Source of the DNA: an uncultured Candidatus Saccharibacteria bacterium
GTDB lineage: Bacteria; Patescibacteriota; Minisyncoccia; Phycocordibacterales; CSBR16-119
Length of the DNA stretch: 64,000 nucleotides
Assembly (NCBI GenBank): GCA_964589975.1
Contig: CAZPVH010000004.1
Location: forward strand, 10,469 to 74,468
Direction of reading: 5' to 3'
Shown here: positions 57,823 to 64,000 of the stretch, in pieces
How positions within the stretch are numbered: the stretch's first letter is position 1
Layout of the letters: each line of letters begins with the position of its first letter
Notes under the pieces: model-generated
Seen by the model: the letters and a program-made list of their open reading frames with translations, nothing else
Told to the model about the DNA's origin: nothing
Database searches by the model: none
Made by a program: the position numbers and the translations under genes

Positions 57823-58071
57823 ATGGAAACAACGAACAAAAAACCAAAGACACTCCAGGGTACAGTCGTGAAAGACGGTAATGATAAGACTGTGGTCGTT
57901 TCCGTGCCTCGCTTCGTTAAGCACCCTAAATACCAGAAGTTCTTCAAGAAGGACAAGCGCTACCAGGCTCACGATGAGGCTAACGCTTACAAAGTGGGGG
58001 ACAAGGTAGAGATGGTAGAAGGAAAGCCGAAGTCTAGGACCAAGCGCTTTACCGTAACTAAAAAGATTTAA
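57823..58071 (+). CDS. rpsQ: 30S ribosomal protein S17
   Basis: GTVVKDGNDKTVVV...KYQKFFKKDKRYQAHDE. Confidence 0.93.
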   Translation: METTNKKPKTLQGTVVKDGNDKTVVVSVPRFVKHPKYQKFFKKDKRYQAHDEANAYKVGDKVEMVEGKPKSRTKRFTVTKKI

Positions 58072-58074
58072 TTT

Positions 58075-58446
58075 ATGTTGCAAGACGGATCAAATGTAAA
58101 AATCGCGGATAACGGAGGCGGAACAGACGCCAGGATCTTCAAAGTTCTTGGCGGTTCTAAACGCCGCTACGCCGAAATCGGCGACTTGGTCGTGATCGCG
58201 GTCAAGAAGGCTCAGCCTCGAAAGATGATCAAGAAGAAAGACGTTCATCACGCTATCGTCGTCCGCCAGCAGAAGCCATTTCGGCGAAAGGACGGATCAT
58301 ATATCTCTTTTGACGACAATGCAGTGGTCATCATCGAAAAGGGCAAGTTTGAGCCAAAGGCTGGACGCATCTTCGGTCCTATTCCTAGAGAGATCGGCGA
58401 GCTCGGTTATCAGAAGATCGTGTCATTAGCCCCTGAGGTTCTATAA
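58075..58446 (+). CDS. rplN: 50S ribosomal protein L14
   Basis: MLQDGSNVKIADNGG...IGDLVVIAVKKA. Confidence 0.95.
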   Translation: MLQDGSNVKIADNGGGTDARIFKVLGGSKRRYAEIGDLVVIAVKKAQPRKMIKKKDVHHAIVVRQQKPFRRKDGSYISFDDNAVVIIEKGKFEPKAGRIFGPIPREIGELGYQKIVSLAPEVL

Positions 58447-58450
58447 TTTT

Positions 58451-58666
58451 ATGAAAATCAAGAAAGGCGACAATGTAAAAGTCCTCACGGGAGGAGACAA
58501 AGGAAAGACTGGCAAGGTCACGCAGGTTTTGCGCGAGGAAAACCGCGTCGTTGTCGAGGGCGTAAATGTCCGAAAGGTCCACAAGAAGAAGACAGCCGGA
58601 AAAGCTGGCTCAATCATCGAAGTCGCCATGCCAATCAACGCTTCTAATGTCGCCGTCGTAAAATAA
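58451..58666 (+). CDS. rplX: 50S ribosomal protein L24 (short form)
   Basis: KOW motif IKKGDNVKVLTGGDKGKTGKV; 71 aa. Confidence 0.88.
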   Translation: MKIKKGDNVKVLTGGDKGKTGKVTQVLREENRVVVEGVNVRKVHKKKTAGKAGSIIEVAMPINASNVAVVK

Positions 58667-58677
58667 TTTTTAATACC

Positions 58678-59217
58678 ATGGAAACAACAAAGCAAAAACT
58701 AGCAAAAGCCTACGAAGTTCTGAAGCCTAAGTTCGGCTACAAGAATTCTTTGTCATCCCCAAGACTTCTAAAGGTCGTTGTTTCTTCCGGCACAGGCTCA
58801 AAGATGAAGAACGACAAGAACAAGAATGAATTCATCGCCGGCCGCCTCGGTAAAATCACCGGCCAGAAACCATCGCCTCGCCAGGCTAAGCAGTCCATTG
58901 CTTCCTTTAAGCTCCGACAGGGAGAAGTTATCGGCCAGATGGTCACGCTTCGCGGCGAGCGCATGTATGCCTTCGTCGATAAGCTCATCAACATTGCTTT
59001 CCCCCGAACGAAAGACTTCCGCGGACTCGAGTCAAAGGGAATCGATGACGTTGGAAACCTGACAATCGGCATCAAAGAGCACACGATCTTCCCGGAAACA
59101 GGGGACGAAGAGCTCAAGGATGTCTTCAGCCTCGCCATCACTTTTGTCACTACTGCGAAAAATAAAGAAGAAGCAAAAGCGTTCTTCGATTATCTCGGAA
59201 TCCCGTTTAAGAAATAA
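58678..59217 (+). CDS. rplE: 50S ribosomal protein L5
   Basis: PRLLKVVVSSGTG...FKLRQGEVIG...GIKEHTIFPE. Confidence 0.95.
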   Translation: METTKQKLAKAYEVLKPKFGYKNSLSSPRLLKVVVSSGTGSKMKNDKNKNEFIAGRLGKITGQKPSPRQAKQSIASFKLRQGEVIGQMVTLRGERMYAFVDKLINIAFPRTKDFRGLESKGIDDVGNLTIGIKEHTIFPETGDEELKDVFSLAITFVTTAKNKEEAKAFFDYLGIPFKK

Positions 59218-59229
59218 ATTTAATGAAAC

Positions 59230-59265
59230 AAAAGCTCTCGTTTGACGAGGGCTTTTGTTTTTTGG
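59230..59265 (+). terminator. intrinsic terminator after rplE
   Basis: AGCTCTCGT-TTG-ACGAGGGCT hairpin plus a T-rich run; breaks the usual rplE-rpsN linkage. Confidence 0.6.
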
Positions 59266-59634
59266 GCGATTGGTGTAAGGTGGGGCAAAACTTTATCCAT
59301 GGAAAAGCTACAAGAAGTCCTTGAACACCTGACTCGGATCAAAGAAGTTCGTCGCCGCAACAGTCCCTTTGGTCTTCCACCCGGAGAGTCTCCCAAATTC
59401 TTTAGCAACGAAGAAGGGCAACTGAATGAAAGGTTGGAAAGACATATCGGTGCTCTAGCCGAACATCTAAGTGACTTTGTAGCCCTGCGGAACCAGCTTG
59501 GCAGAGAATCATATGAAAAAGTTCTTGCCGATACGAAGAAGACCTTGGTTAACCTTGTCTGTGACGCTATTTGGATGGTCCATGGCTATGATGTGACAGC
59601 CGAAGAGATCTTTGCCGCCATTCCAGAGAAATGA
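59242..59634 (+). CDS. hypothetical protein inserted between rplE and rpsN
   Basis: 130 aa (or 111 aa from the ATG at 59301); helical, no confident family assignment. Confidence 0.45.
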   Translation: MTRAFVFWAIGVRWGKTLSMEKLQEVLEHLTRIKEVRRRNSPFGLPPGESPKFFSNEEGQLNERLERHIGALAEHLSDFVALRNQLGRESYEKVLADTKKTLVNLVCDAIWMVHGYDVTAEEIFAAIPEK

Positions 59635-59646
59635 AGCCCGCAGCAG

Positions 59647-59680
59647 AAAGCCCGTTCGCGGGCTTTCTTGTTTTTAGAAA
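59647..59680 (+). terminator. intrinsic terminator
   Basis: AAAGCCCG-TTCG-CGGGCTTT, a perfect 8-bp stem with a UUCG loop, plus CTTGTTTTT. Confidence 0.7.
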
Positions 59681-59685
59681 TAAGT

Positions 59686-59895
59686 GTGATAATCTCTCTC
59701 CTAGAAGCTTCAACAACTCTGCCCTGAATAAACCTACCAAAACAGGAAATAAAAGGGATAACAGAGGGCGCAAGGATGTGCCATGAGTTGGAAGGTTTAG
59801 ACCCTTCGGACTCTACGTCCAAACAGTTCTCTAGGTACAAATTGTAGCTTGGGCTTTAGGGGCGCTTTTGGGCGCCCCTTCTCTTTTTCCTTGCC
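59686..59895 (+). ncRNA. candidate small RNA (about 200 nt) with its own extended -10 promoter and terminator
   Basis: TGTGATAAT at 59685–59693; C-UUCG-G tetraloop hairpin; terminal hairpin GGGGCGC-TTTTGG-GCGCCCC followed by TTCTCTTTTT; no ORF longer than 30 codons. Confidence 0.25.
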
Positions 59896-59921
59896 CGTCC
59901 GTAGACTCTGGCGTAGGCGGG

Positions 59922-59949
59922 TTGACATAAAATCCCTATCTGCTAATAT
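59922..59949 (+). promoter_or_regulatory. sigma70-like promoter TTGACA-N16-TAATAT restoring transcription of rpsN-...-secY
   Basis: Near-duplicate of the promoter at 55531–55559. Confidence 0.6.
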
Positions 59950-60038
59950 GCCCTTGTCCCGTTCAATCCCCGTATCTCCTTCTTGGCCCAAAGGACCCGG
60001 AAGCAAATATAGGCGATATTAGCGGGGCGTTAAAAAAT

Positions 60039-60308
60039 ATGGCTAAAAAATCAGTTACAGCGCGAAATAACAAGCGCATCAAACTTCATGCAAAGTACGC
60101 CAAAAAGAGGGCGGAACTTAAGGCTGCCGGAGACTACGAAGGCCTCCAGAAGCTTCCAAAGAACTCCTCTCCATCACGCCTGAAGAACCGATGCGGTATC
60201 ACCAGCCGTCCGCGAGGCTATATGCGTGATTTTGGACTTTCTCGCATCAAGTTCCGAGAGCTCGCGTCAGTCGGCGAGATTCCGGGCGTAAGGAAGTCAT
60301 CCTGGTAA
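60039..60308 (+). CDS. rpsN: 30S ribosomal protein S14 (long, non-zinc type)
   Basis: 89 aa, [28 protein letters not shown]. Confidence 0.93.
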   Translation: MAKKSVTARNNKRIKLHAKYAKKRAELKAAGDYEGLQKLPKNSSPSRLKNRCGITSRPRGYMRDFGLSRIKFRELASVGEIPGVRKSSW

Positions 60309-60314
60309 TTCTAT

Positions 60315-60704
60315 ATGGATAAGATTGCAAACATGCTCATAATGCTGAAGAACGCGGGAATTGCCGGCAAGCCTCTTGTTGTTGTTCCTCATTCAGCTCT
60401 AAAGGAAGCCATCGGACAGTGCCTAGTGAAGGGTAAATTTGTCGAGAAGGTTTCAAAGAAGACTCTCGAAGGAAACAAGGCGGTTCTTGAAATCACTCTC
60501 CTCCGCACAGGACGCGAGCCTCGTATTACACAGGTAGAGCGAATCTCAAAGCCTTCAAAGCGAGTGTATATCAAAGCAAAAGACATTAAGCCTGTCCGCC
60601 AGGGATACGGCATGATGGTGCTTTCGACTCCGAAAGGCGTTTTGATCGCGGACGATGCTCGCAAAGAATTGGTCGGCGGTGAAGCTCTATTCCGAATCTG
60701 GTAA
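60315..60704 (+). CDS. rpsH: 30S ribosomal protein S8
   Basis: DKIANMLIMLKNA...GMMVLSTPKGV. Confidence 0.95.
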   Translation: MDKIANMLIMLKNAGIAGKPLVVVPHSALKEAIGQCLVKGKFVEKVSKKTLEGNKAVLEITLLRTGREPRITQVERISKPSKRVYIKAKDIKPVRQGYGMMVLSTPKGVLIADDARKELVGGEALFRIW

Positions 60705-60714
60705 TCATAAATAT

Positions 60715-61251
60715 ATGTCACGAGTTGGTAAACAAATCCTAAAGGTTCCCGCTGGCGTCGAGCTATCACTCGCCGGAGGCAATTTGACTGTCAAAGGTCC
60801 GAAAGCTACTCTCGCGCGCCCATTCAAAACAAACATCATTGATATAAAGATCGATAATGGCGAAGTTTCTTTTGTTCCAAAGAACGAAGAGAATTCCACG
60901 AAGGCTCTCTGGGGAACATACGCTTCTCATGTTCGAAACATGATCAAAGGCGTTACTGACGGATACGAAAAGAAGCTCGAACTCGAAGGAGTCGGCTTCA
61001 AGTCTGAAGTTCAGGGTACGAACCTAAAGTTCGCACTCGGCTTCTCTCATCCGGTTATCATGCCGATCCCAGAAGGCCTCAAAGTTACTGCGGAAAAGAA
61101 CCTCATCACGGTGAGCGGAGCGGACAAGGAGCTTGTCGGCGAATTCAGCGCAAATGTCCGAGGCAAGAAGCCGCCTGAGCCGTACAAAGGGAAGGGTATC
61201 CATTACCAGGGCGAATACATCCGCCGCAAGCAGGGCAAGAAAGCCGTCTAA
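60715..61251 (+). CDS. rplF: 50S ribosomal protein L6
   Basis: MSRVGKQILKVPAGV...; start set at the internal ATG after the rpsH stop, because the ORF-track start at 60655 overlaps rpsH. Confidence 0.93.
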   Translation: MSRVGKQILKVPAGVELSLAGGNLTVKGPKATLARPFKTNIIDIKIDNGEVSFVPKNEENSTKALWGTYASHVRNMIKGVTDGYEKKLELEGVGFKSEVQGTNLKFALGFSHPVIMPIPEGLKVTAEKNLITVSGADKELVGEFSANVRGKKPPEPYKGKGIHYQGEYIRRKQGKKAV

Positions 61252-61260
61252 AATAATTTT

Positions 61261-61611
61261 ATGCAAGCTAGAAAACAAAGGCAATCAAGGCGAGACAGAA
61301 TCAAGCGAAAGATCCGCTCAAAGGTGGCTGGTTCGGCTATGCGACCACGTCTTTCGGTGTACCGCTCAAACAAGAATATCTACGCTCAGATCATCAACGA
61401 TGAGACTGGCACGACTATTGTTTCCGCTTCTGATATCAAGACAAAGACTGGTACCAAGCGAGACAGGGCTATCGAGGTTGGTAAAATTATTGCCAAGCTC
61501 GCAAAGGATGCTGGCGTGACCGCGATCGTTTTCGACAGGAACGGCTTTAATTACACAGGTCGGATCAAGCTTTTGGCAGACAGCGCCCGCGAGGGAGGTT
61601 TAACCTTTTAA
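61261..61611 (+). CDS. rplR: 50S ribosomal protein L18
   Basis: RPRLSVYRSNKNIYAQIIND... Confidence 0.93.
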   Translation: MQARKQRQSRRDRIKRKIRSKVAGSAMRPRLSVYRSNKNIYAQIINDETGTTIVSASDIKTKTGTKRDRAIEVGKIIAKLAKDAGVTAIVFDRNGFNYTGRIKLLADSAREGGLTF

Positions 61612-61619
61612 TCAATTAT

Positions 61620-62225
61620 ATGGACGAAGTAAAACCAACAACATCAACAGCATCAGAAGGGCAGAAGCCGGCGTCTTCGTATCGAGGAGGCGGAAAGTCT
61701 TTTGACCGTGGAGGTTCGCGAGGCGGACGACGCCCAGTCGAGCGCCGCGAGAAGCCTGAATTCGACCAGAAAATTCTCTCAATCCGACGTGTTACCCGTG
61801 TTGTTTCCGGCGGACGACGATTCTCATTCTCCGTCACTATGCTTGTTGGAGACAAGAAAGGCCGAGTGGGTCTTGGACTTGGGAAATCTGCGGACACAAC
61901 TCTTGCTATTAATAAGGCTGTGGCATCTGGCAAGAAGCACATGATCACGGTCCGAACGACTCCTGATATGTCTATCTCTCACTCAGTCGAAGGAAAGTTC
62001 AAGGCTTCTCGCGTCATGCTCATGCCAAACAAAGGCAAGGGTCTCGTTGTCGGCGGTGCTATCCGCGACATCATCGTCCTCGCCGGGCTCAAGAACATTA
62101 CAGGCAAGATCTTCTCCCGCTCAAAGACTCATCTCAATAACGCCAAGGCCGCAATGAATGCCCTTCAAGATCTCAAAGCGCCAAAGAAAGTAAAGGTCGC
62201 TGCGCCGGCTGAAGTAGCAGAGTAA
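61620..62225 (+). CDS. rpsE: 30S ribosomal protein S5
   Basis: S5 dsRBD and C-terminal domain (RVTRVVSGGRRFSF, GLGLGKS) with an R/G-rich N-terminal extension. Confidence 0.95.
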   Translation: MDEVKPTTSTASEGQKPASSYRGGGKSFDRGGSRGGRRPVERREKPEFDQKILSIRRVTRVVSGGRRFSFSVTMLVGDKKGRVGLGLGKSADTTLAINKAVASGKKHMITVRTTPDMSISHSVEGKFKASRVMLMPNKGKGLVVGGAIRDIIVLAGLKNITGKIFSRSKTHLNNAKAAMNALQDLKAPKKVKVAAPAEVAE

Positions 62226-62234
62226 TAAAATTTT

Positions 62235-62684
62235 ATGCAAACTAATAATCTAGTTCGAAAAACGAAGAACAAGAAGACAAAGCTCATCGGCCGAGGCGGC
62301 AAGAGGGGCAAGACTTCTGGACGCGGAACAAAAGGACAGTGGGCTCACGGCAGCCACGGCGTCCGTCCTGAGATGCGAGACATCGTCAAGAAGTTCCCGA
62401 AACTCCGCGGACACGGAAAGAACCGCGGACGCACGGTTAATTCTTCTGTCGTTCGCGAGACTCCAATCAATCTTTCCACGCTTGAAGAGAACTTCAAAGC
62501 AGGGGACAAGGTCACCTTGGACGCGCTACTTGAGAAGAAGCTCGTGAATAAATCCGGTGGCAAGAATCCGTCAGTAAAGATCTTGGCCGGTGGTGAAATA
62601 TCTAAGAAGCTTTCAGTCATCGGCTTCAGCATGTCGGCCGCAGCGCGAGCCGCTATCGAAAAAGCCGGCGGCGAGGTAAAATAA
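62235..62684 (+). CDS. rplO: 50S ribosomal protein L15
   Basis: GRGGKRGKTSGRGTKGQ...; directly follows rpsE with no L30 gene between them. Confidence 0.93.
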   Translation: MQTNNLVRKTKNKKTKLIGRGGKRGKTSGRGTKGQWAHGSHGVRPEMRDIVKKFPKLRGHGKNRGRTVNSSVVRETPINLSTLEENFKAGDKVTLDALLEKKLVNKSGGKNPSVKILAGGEISKKLSVIGFSMSAAARAAIEKAGGEVK

Positions 62685-62688
62685 ACCC

Positions 62689-63957
62689 ATGTCTTTTTGG
62701 CAAAAACTTAAAATAGTATTCACAGATAAATACATCAGGAGAAAGATAATCTTCGTTCTTCTTATTTTGGCGGTCTTCCGTCTCTTGGCGGCAATTCCGA
62801 TTCCAGGAGTTGATGCATTTCGTCTTCAGGGATTTTTGGACTCTAACCAGTTCCTGGGACTACTCAACATCTTTTCTGGGGGCGGACTTTCAGCGCTTTC
62901 CATTGTCATGATGGGCGTTGGTCCATACATCACATCTTCCATCATTATGCAGCTTTTGACGTTGATGTCTCCGCGTCTCAAGTCTATGTATCACGAAGAA
63001 GGAGCCGAAGGGCGACTTCGTTTTTCACAGTACGCTCGTTACTTGACCGTTCCATTGTCTCTAATCCAGGCATACGCACTGCTCGCCATATTGGCAAGCC
63101 AAGGAGTCTTGGAGCCACTTTCAGCCTACGATAAAGCCATCGCCATGATTGTTGTTACGGCTGGATCAATGCTTCTTGTATGGCTTGGTGAGCTCATAAC
63201 AGAAAGGGGAATTGGCAACGGTGTGTCGGTGCTTATCTTTGCAGGTATTGTCGCAGCTCTGCCAGCCTCCATCAGTCAGCTCGCTTTCACATATGATCCG
63301 TCACAGCTCGTAATGTACATTGGTTTCTTGGCTGTTACTGTTGTGCTCATCGCCGGTATTGTTGTTATTACTGAGGCGGAGAGACTTCTTCCAATCACTC
63401 ATACGAAACAGGCTAGAGCAGGCGGGGCTATGACTTCTCAGTCTTCATATCTTCCGCTTCGCATAAATCAGGCCGGTGTGATGCCAGTTATCTTCGCTCT
63501 TTCAGTTCTAATGTTCCCGCAGCTTATAGCTAATTTCTTTGTTAATTCTTCTCACGCTTGGCTTCAGTCTGTAAGTCAGGGGCTCACATGGTTCCTCGCA
63601 GAGCAGTGGCTCTACGCGGCGGTTTACTTCCTCCTCGTATTCCTCTTTACTTACTTCTACACGGCGGTGACTTTTGACCCGGAAGCTGTGGCGACGAATC
63701 TTCAGAAGAACGGCGCTTTCGTTCCAGGTATCAGACCGGGACAATCAACGACAGAATATATTGGCAAGATTGTGAGTCGGATCACTTTTATGGGCGCGAT
63801 CTTCTTGGGTGTCATAGCAGTTCTACCAATCGTTATGCAGCAGCTTACGGGTCTTCAGACTCTTGCGATTGGAGGCACGGCAGTGCTCATCGTTGTCTCA
63901 GTTATCCTTGATATCTTGAAGAAGGTAGAAGGCCAAGTGTCAATGCGTCAATACTAG
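62689..63957 (+). CDS. secY: preprotein translocase subunit SecY
   Basis: 422 aa with 10 TM helices and conserved SecY motifs (GIGNGVS, plug region). Confidence 0.95.
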   Translation: MSFWQKLKIVFTDKYIRRKIIFVLLILAVFRLLAAIPIPGVDAFRLQGFLDSNQFLGLLNIFSGGGLSALSIVMMGVGPYITSSIIMQLLTLMSPRLKSMYHEEGAEGRLRFSQYARYLTVPLSLIQAYALLAILASQGVLEPLSAYDKAIAMIVVTAGSMLLVWLGELITERGIGNGVSVLIFAGIVAALPASISQLAFTYDPSQLVMYIGFLAVTVVLIAGIVVITEAERLLPITHTKQARAGGAMTSQSSYLPLRINQAGVMPVIFALSVLMFPQLIANFFVNSSHAWLQSVSQGLTWFLAEQWLYAAVYFLLVFLFTYFYTAVTFDPEAVATNLQKNGAFVPGIRPGQSTTEYIGKIVSRITFMGAIFLGVIAVLPIVMQQLTGLQTLAIGGTAVLIVVSVILDILKKVEGQVSMRQY

Positions 63958-63965
63958 AATATGAA

Positions 63966-64000
63966 AAGTAAAGCGCCCGCTTCAAACGCGGGCGCTTTAC
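63966..64000 (+). terminator. intrinsic terminator (truncated by window end)
   Basis: AAAGCGCCCGC-TTCAAA-CGCGGGCGCTTT. Confidence 0.55.

Overview
The window reads as a low-SD, moderately AT-rich bacterial genome with the hallmarks of an ultra-small Candidate Phyla Radiation (Patescibacteria)-type organism; the lineage call is inference from the sequence only.

The right third (46.5–64 kb) is the conserved ribosomal-protein superoperon: rplT-rpmI-infC on the minus strand, then tuf-rpsJ-rplC-rplD-rplW-rplB ... rpsS-rplV-rpsC-rplP-rpmC-rpsQ-rplN-rplX-rplE ... rpsN-rpsH-rplF-rplR-rpsE-rplO-secY. Three things stand out in it: (i) there is no rpmD (L30) between rpsE and rplO; (ii) about 2.8 kb of non-ribosomal genes sit between rplB and rpsS, and about 0.8 kb between rplE and rpsN; (iii) each downstream block is preceded by a near-identical sigma70-like promoter, TTGACA-N16/17-TA(G/A)TAT.

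The left and middle parts carry housekeeping genes interleaved with accessory loci. The housekeeping genes are comM/yifB, a LysM-M23 peptidase, a UvrD/PcrA helicase, ksgA, clpP, tig, ppa, nusA, tpiA, pgk, a HIT protein and recJ. Accessory locus 1 (about 11.8–27 kb) is a Gram-positive-style type IV secretion-like cluster. It contains a PrgI/VirB3-like protein, a VirB4 ATPase split by one in-frame TAA, a VirB6/TrbL-like polytopic membrane protein, a membrane-anchored M15 cell-wall hydrolase, a PG-binding beta-propeller protein and several large secreted proteins. A four-helix-bundle (23S-IVS-type) gene sits in the cluster inside a heptamer-repeat hairpin. Accessory locus 2 (30.7–39.9 kb) encodes three giant secreted proteins, among them an HExxH/CnaB/DUF11 protein and a 1080-aa Gly-rich repeat protein with (GGT)n microsatellites. 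One secreted protein carries a T9SS-type C-terminal sorting domain.

Two small families of palindromic MITE-like intergenic repeats were found, with 3 and 2 copies. A recurring promoter architecture, TGnTATAAT-N6-ATG, points to leaderless mRNAs for many genes. No tRNA, rRNA or CRISPR array was found.

Gene coordinates follow the supplied ORF track. Coordinates of non-coding elements were read off the printed sequence and may be off by a few nt. Around 22.02–22.32 kb the printed sequence and the ORF track disagree by about 9 nt.
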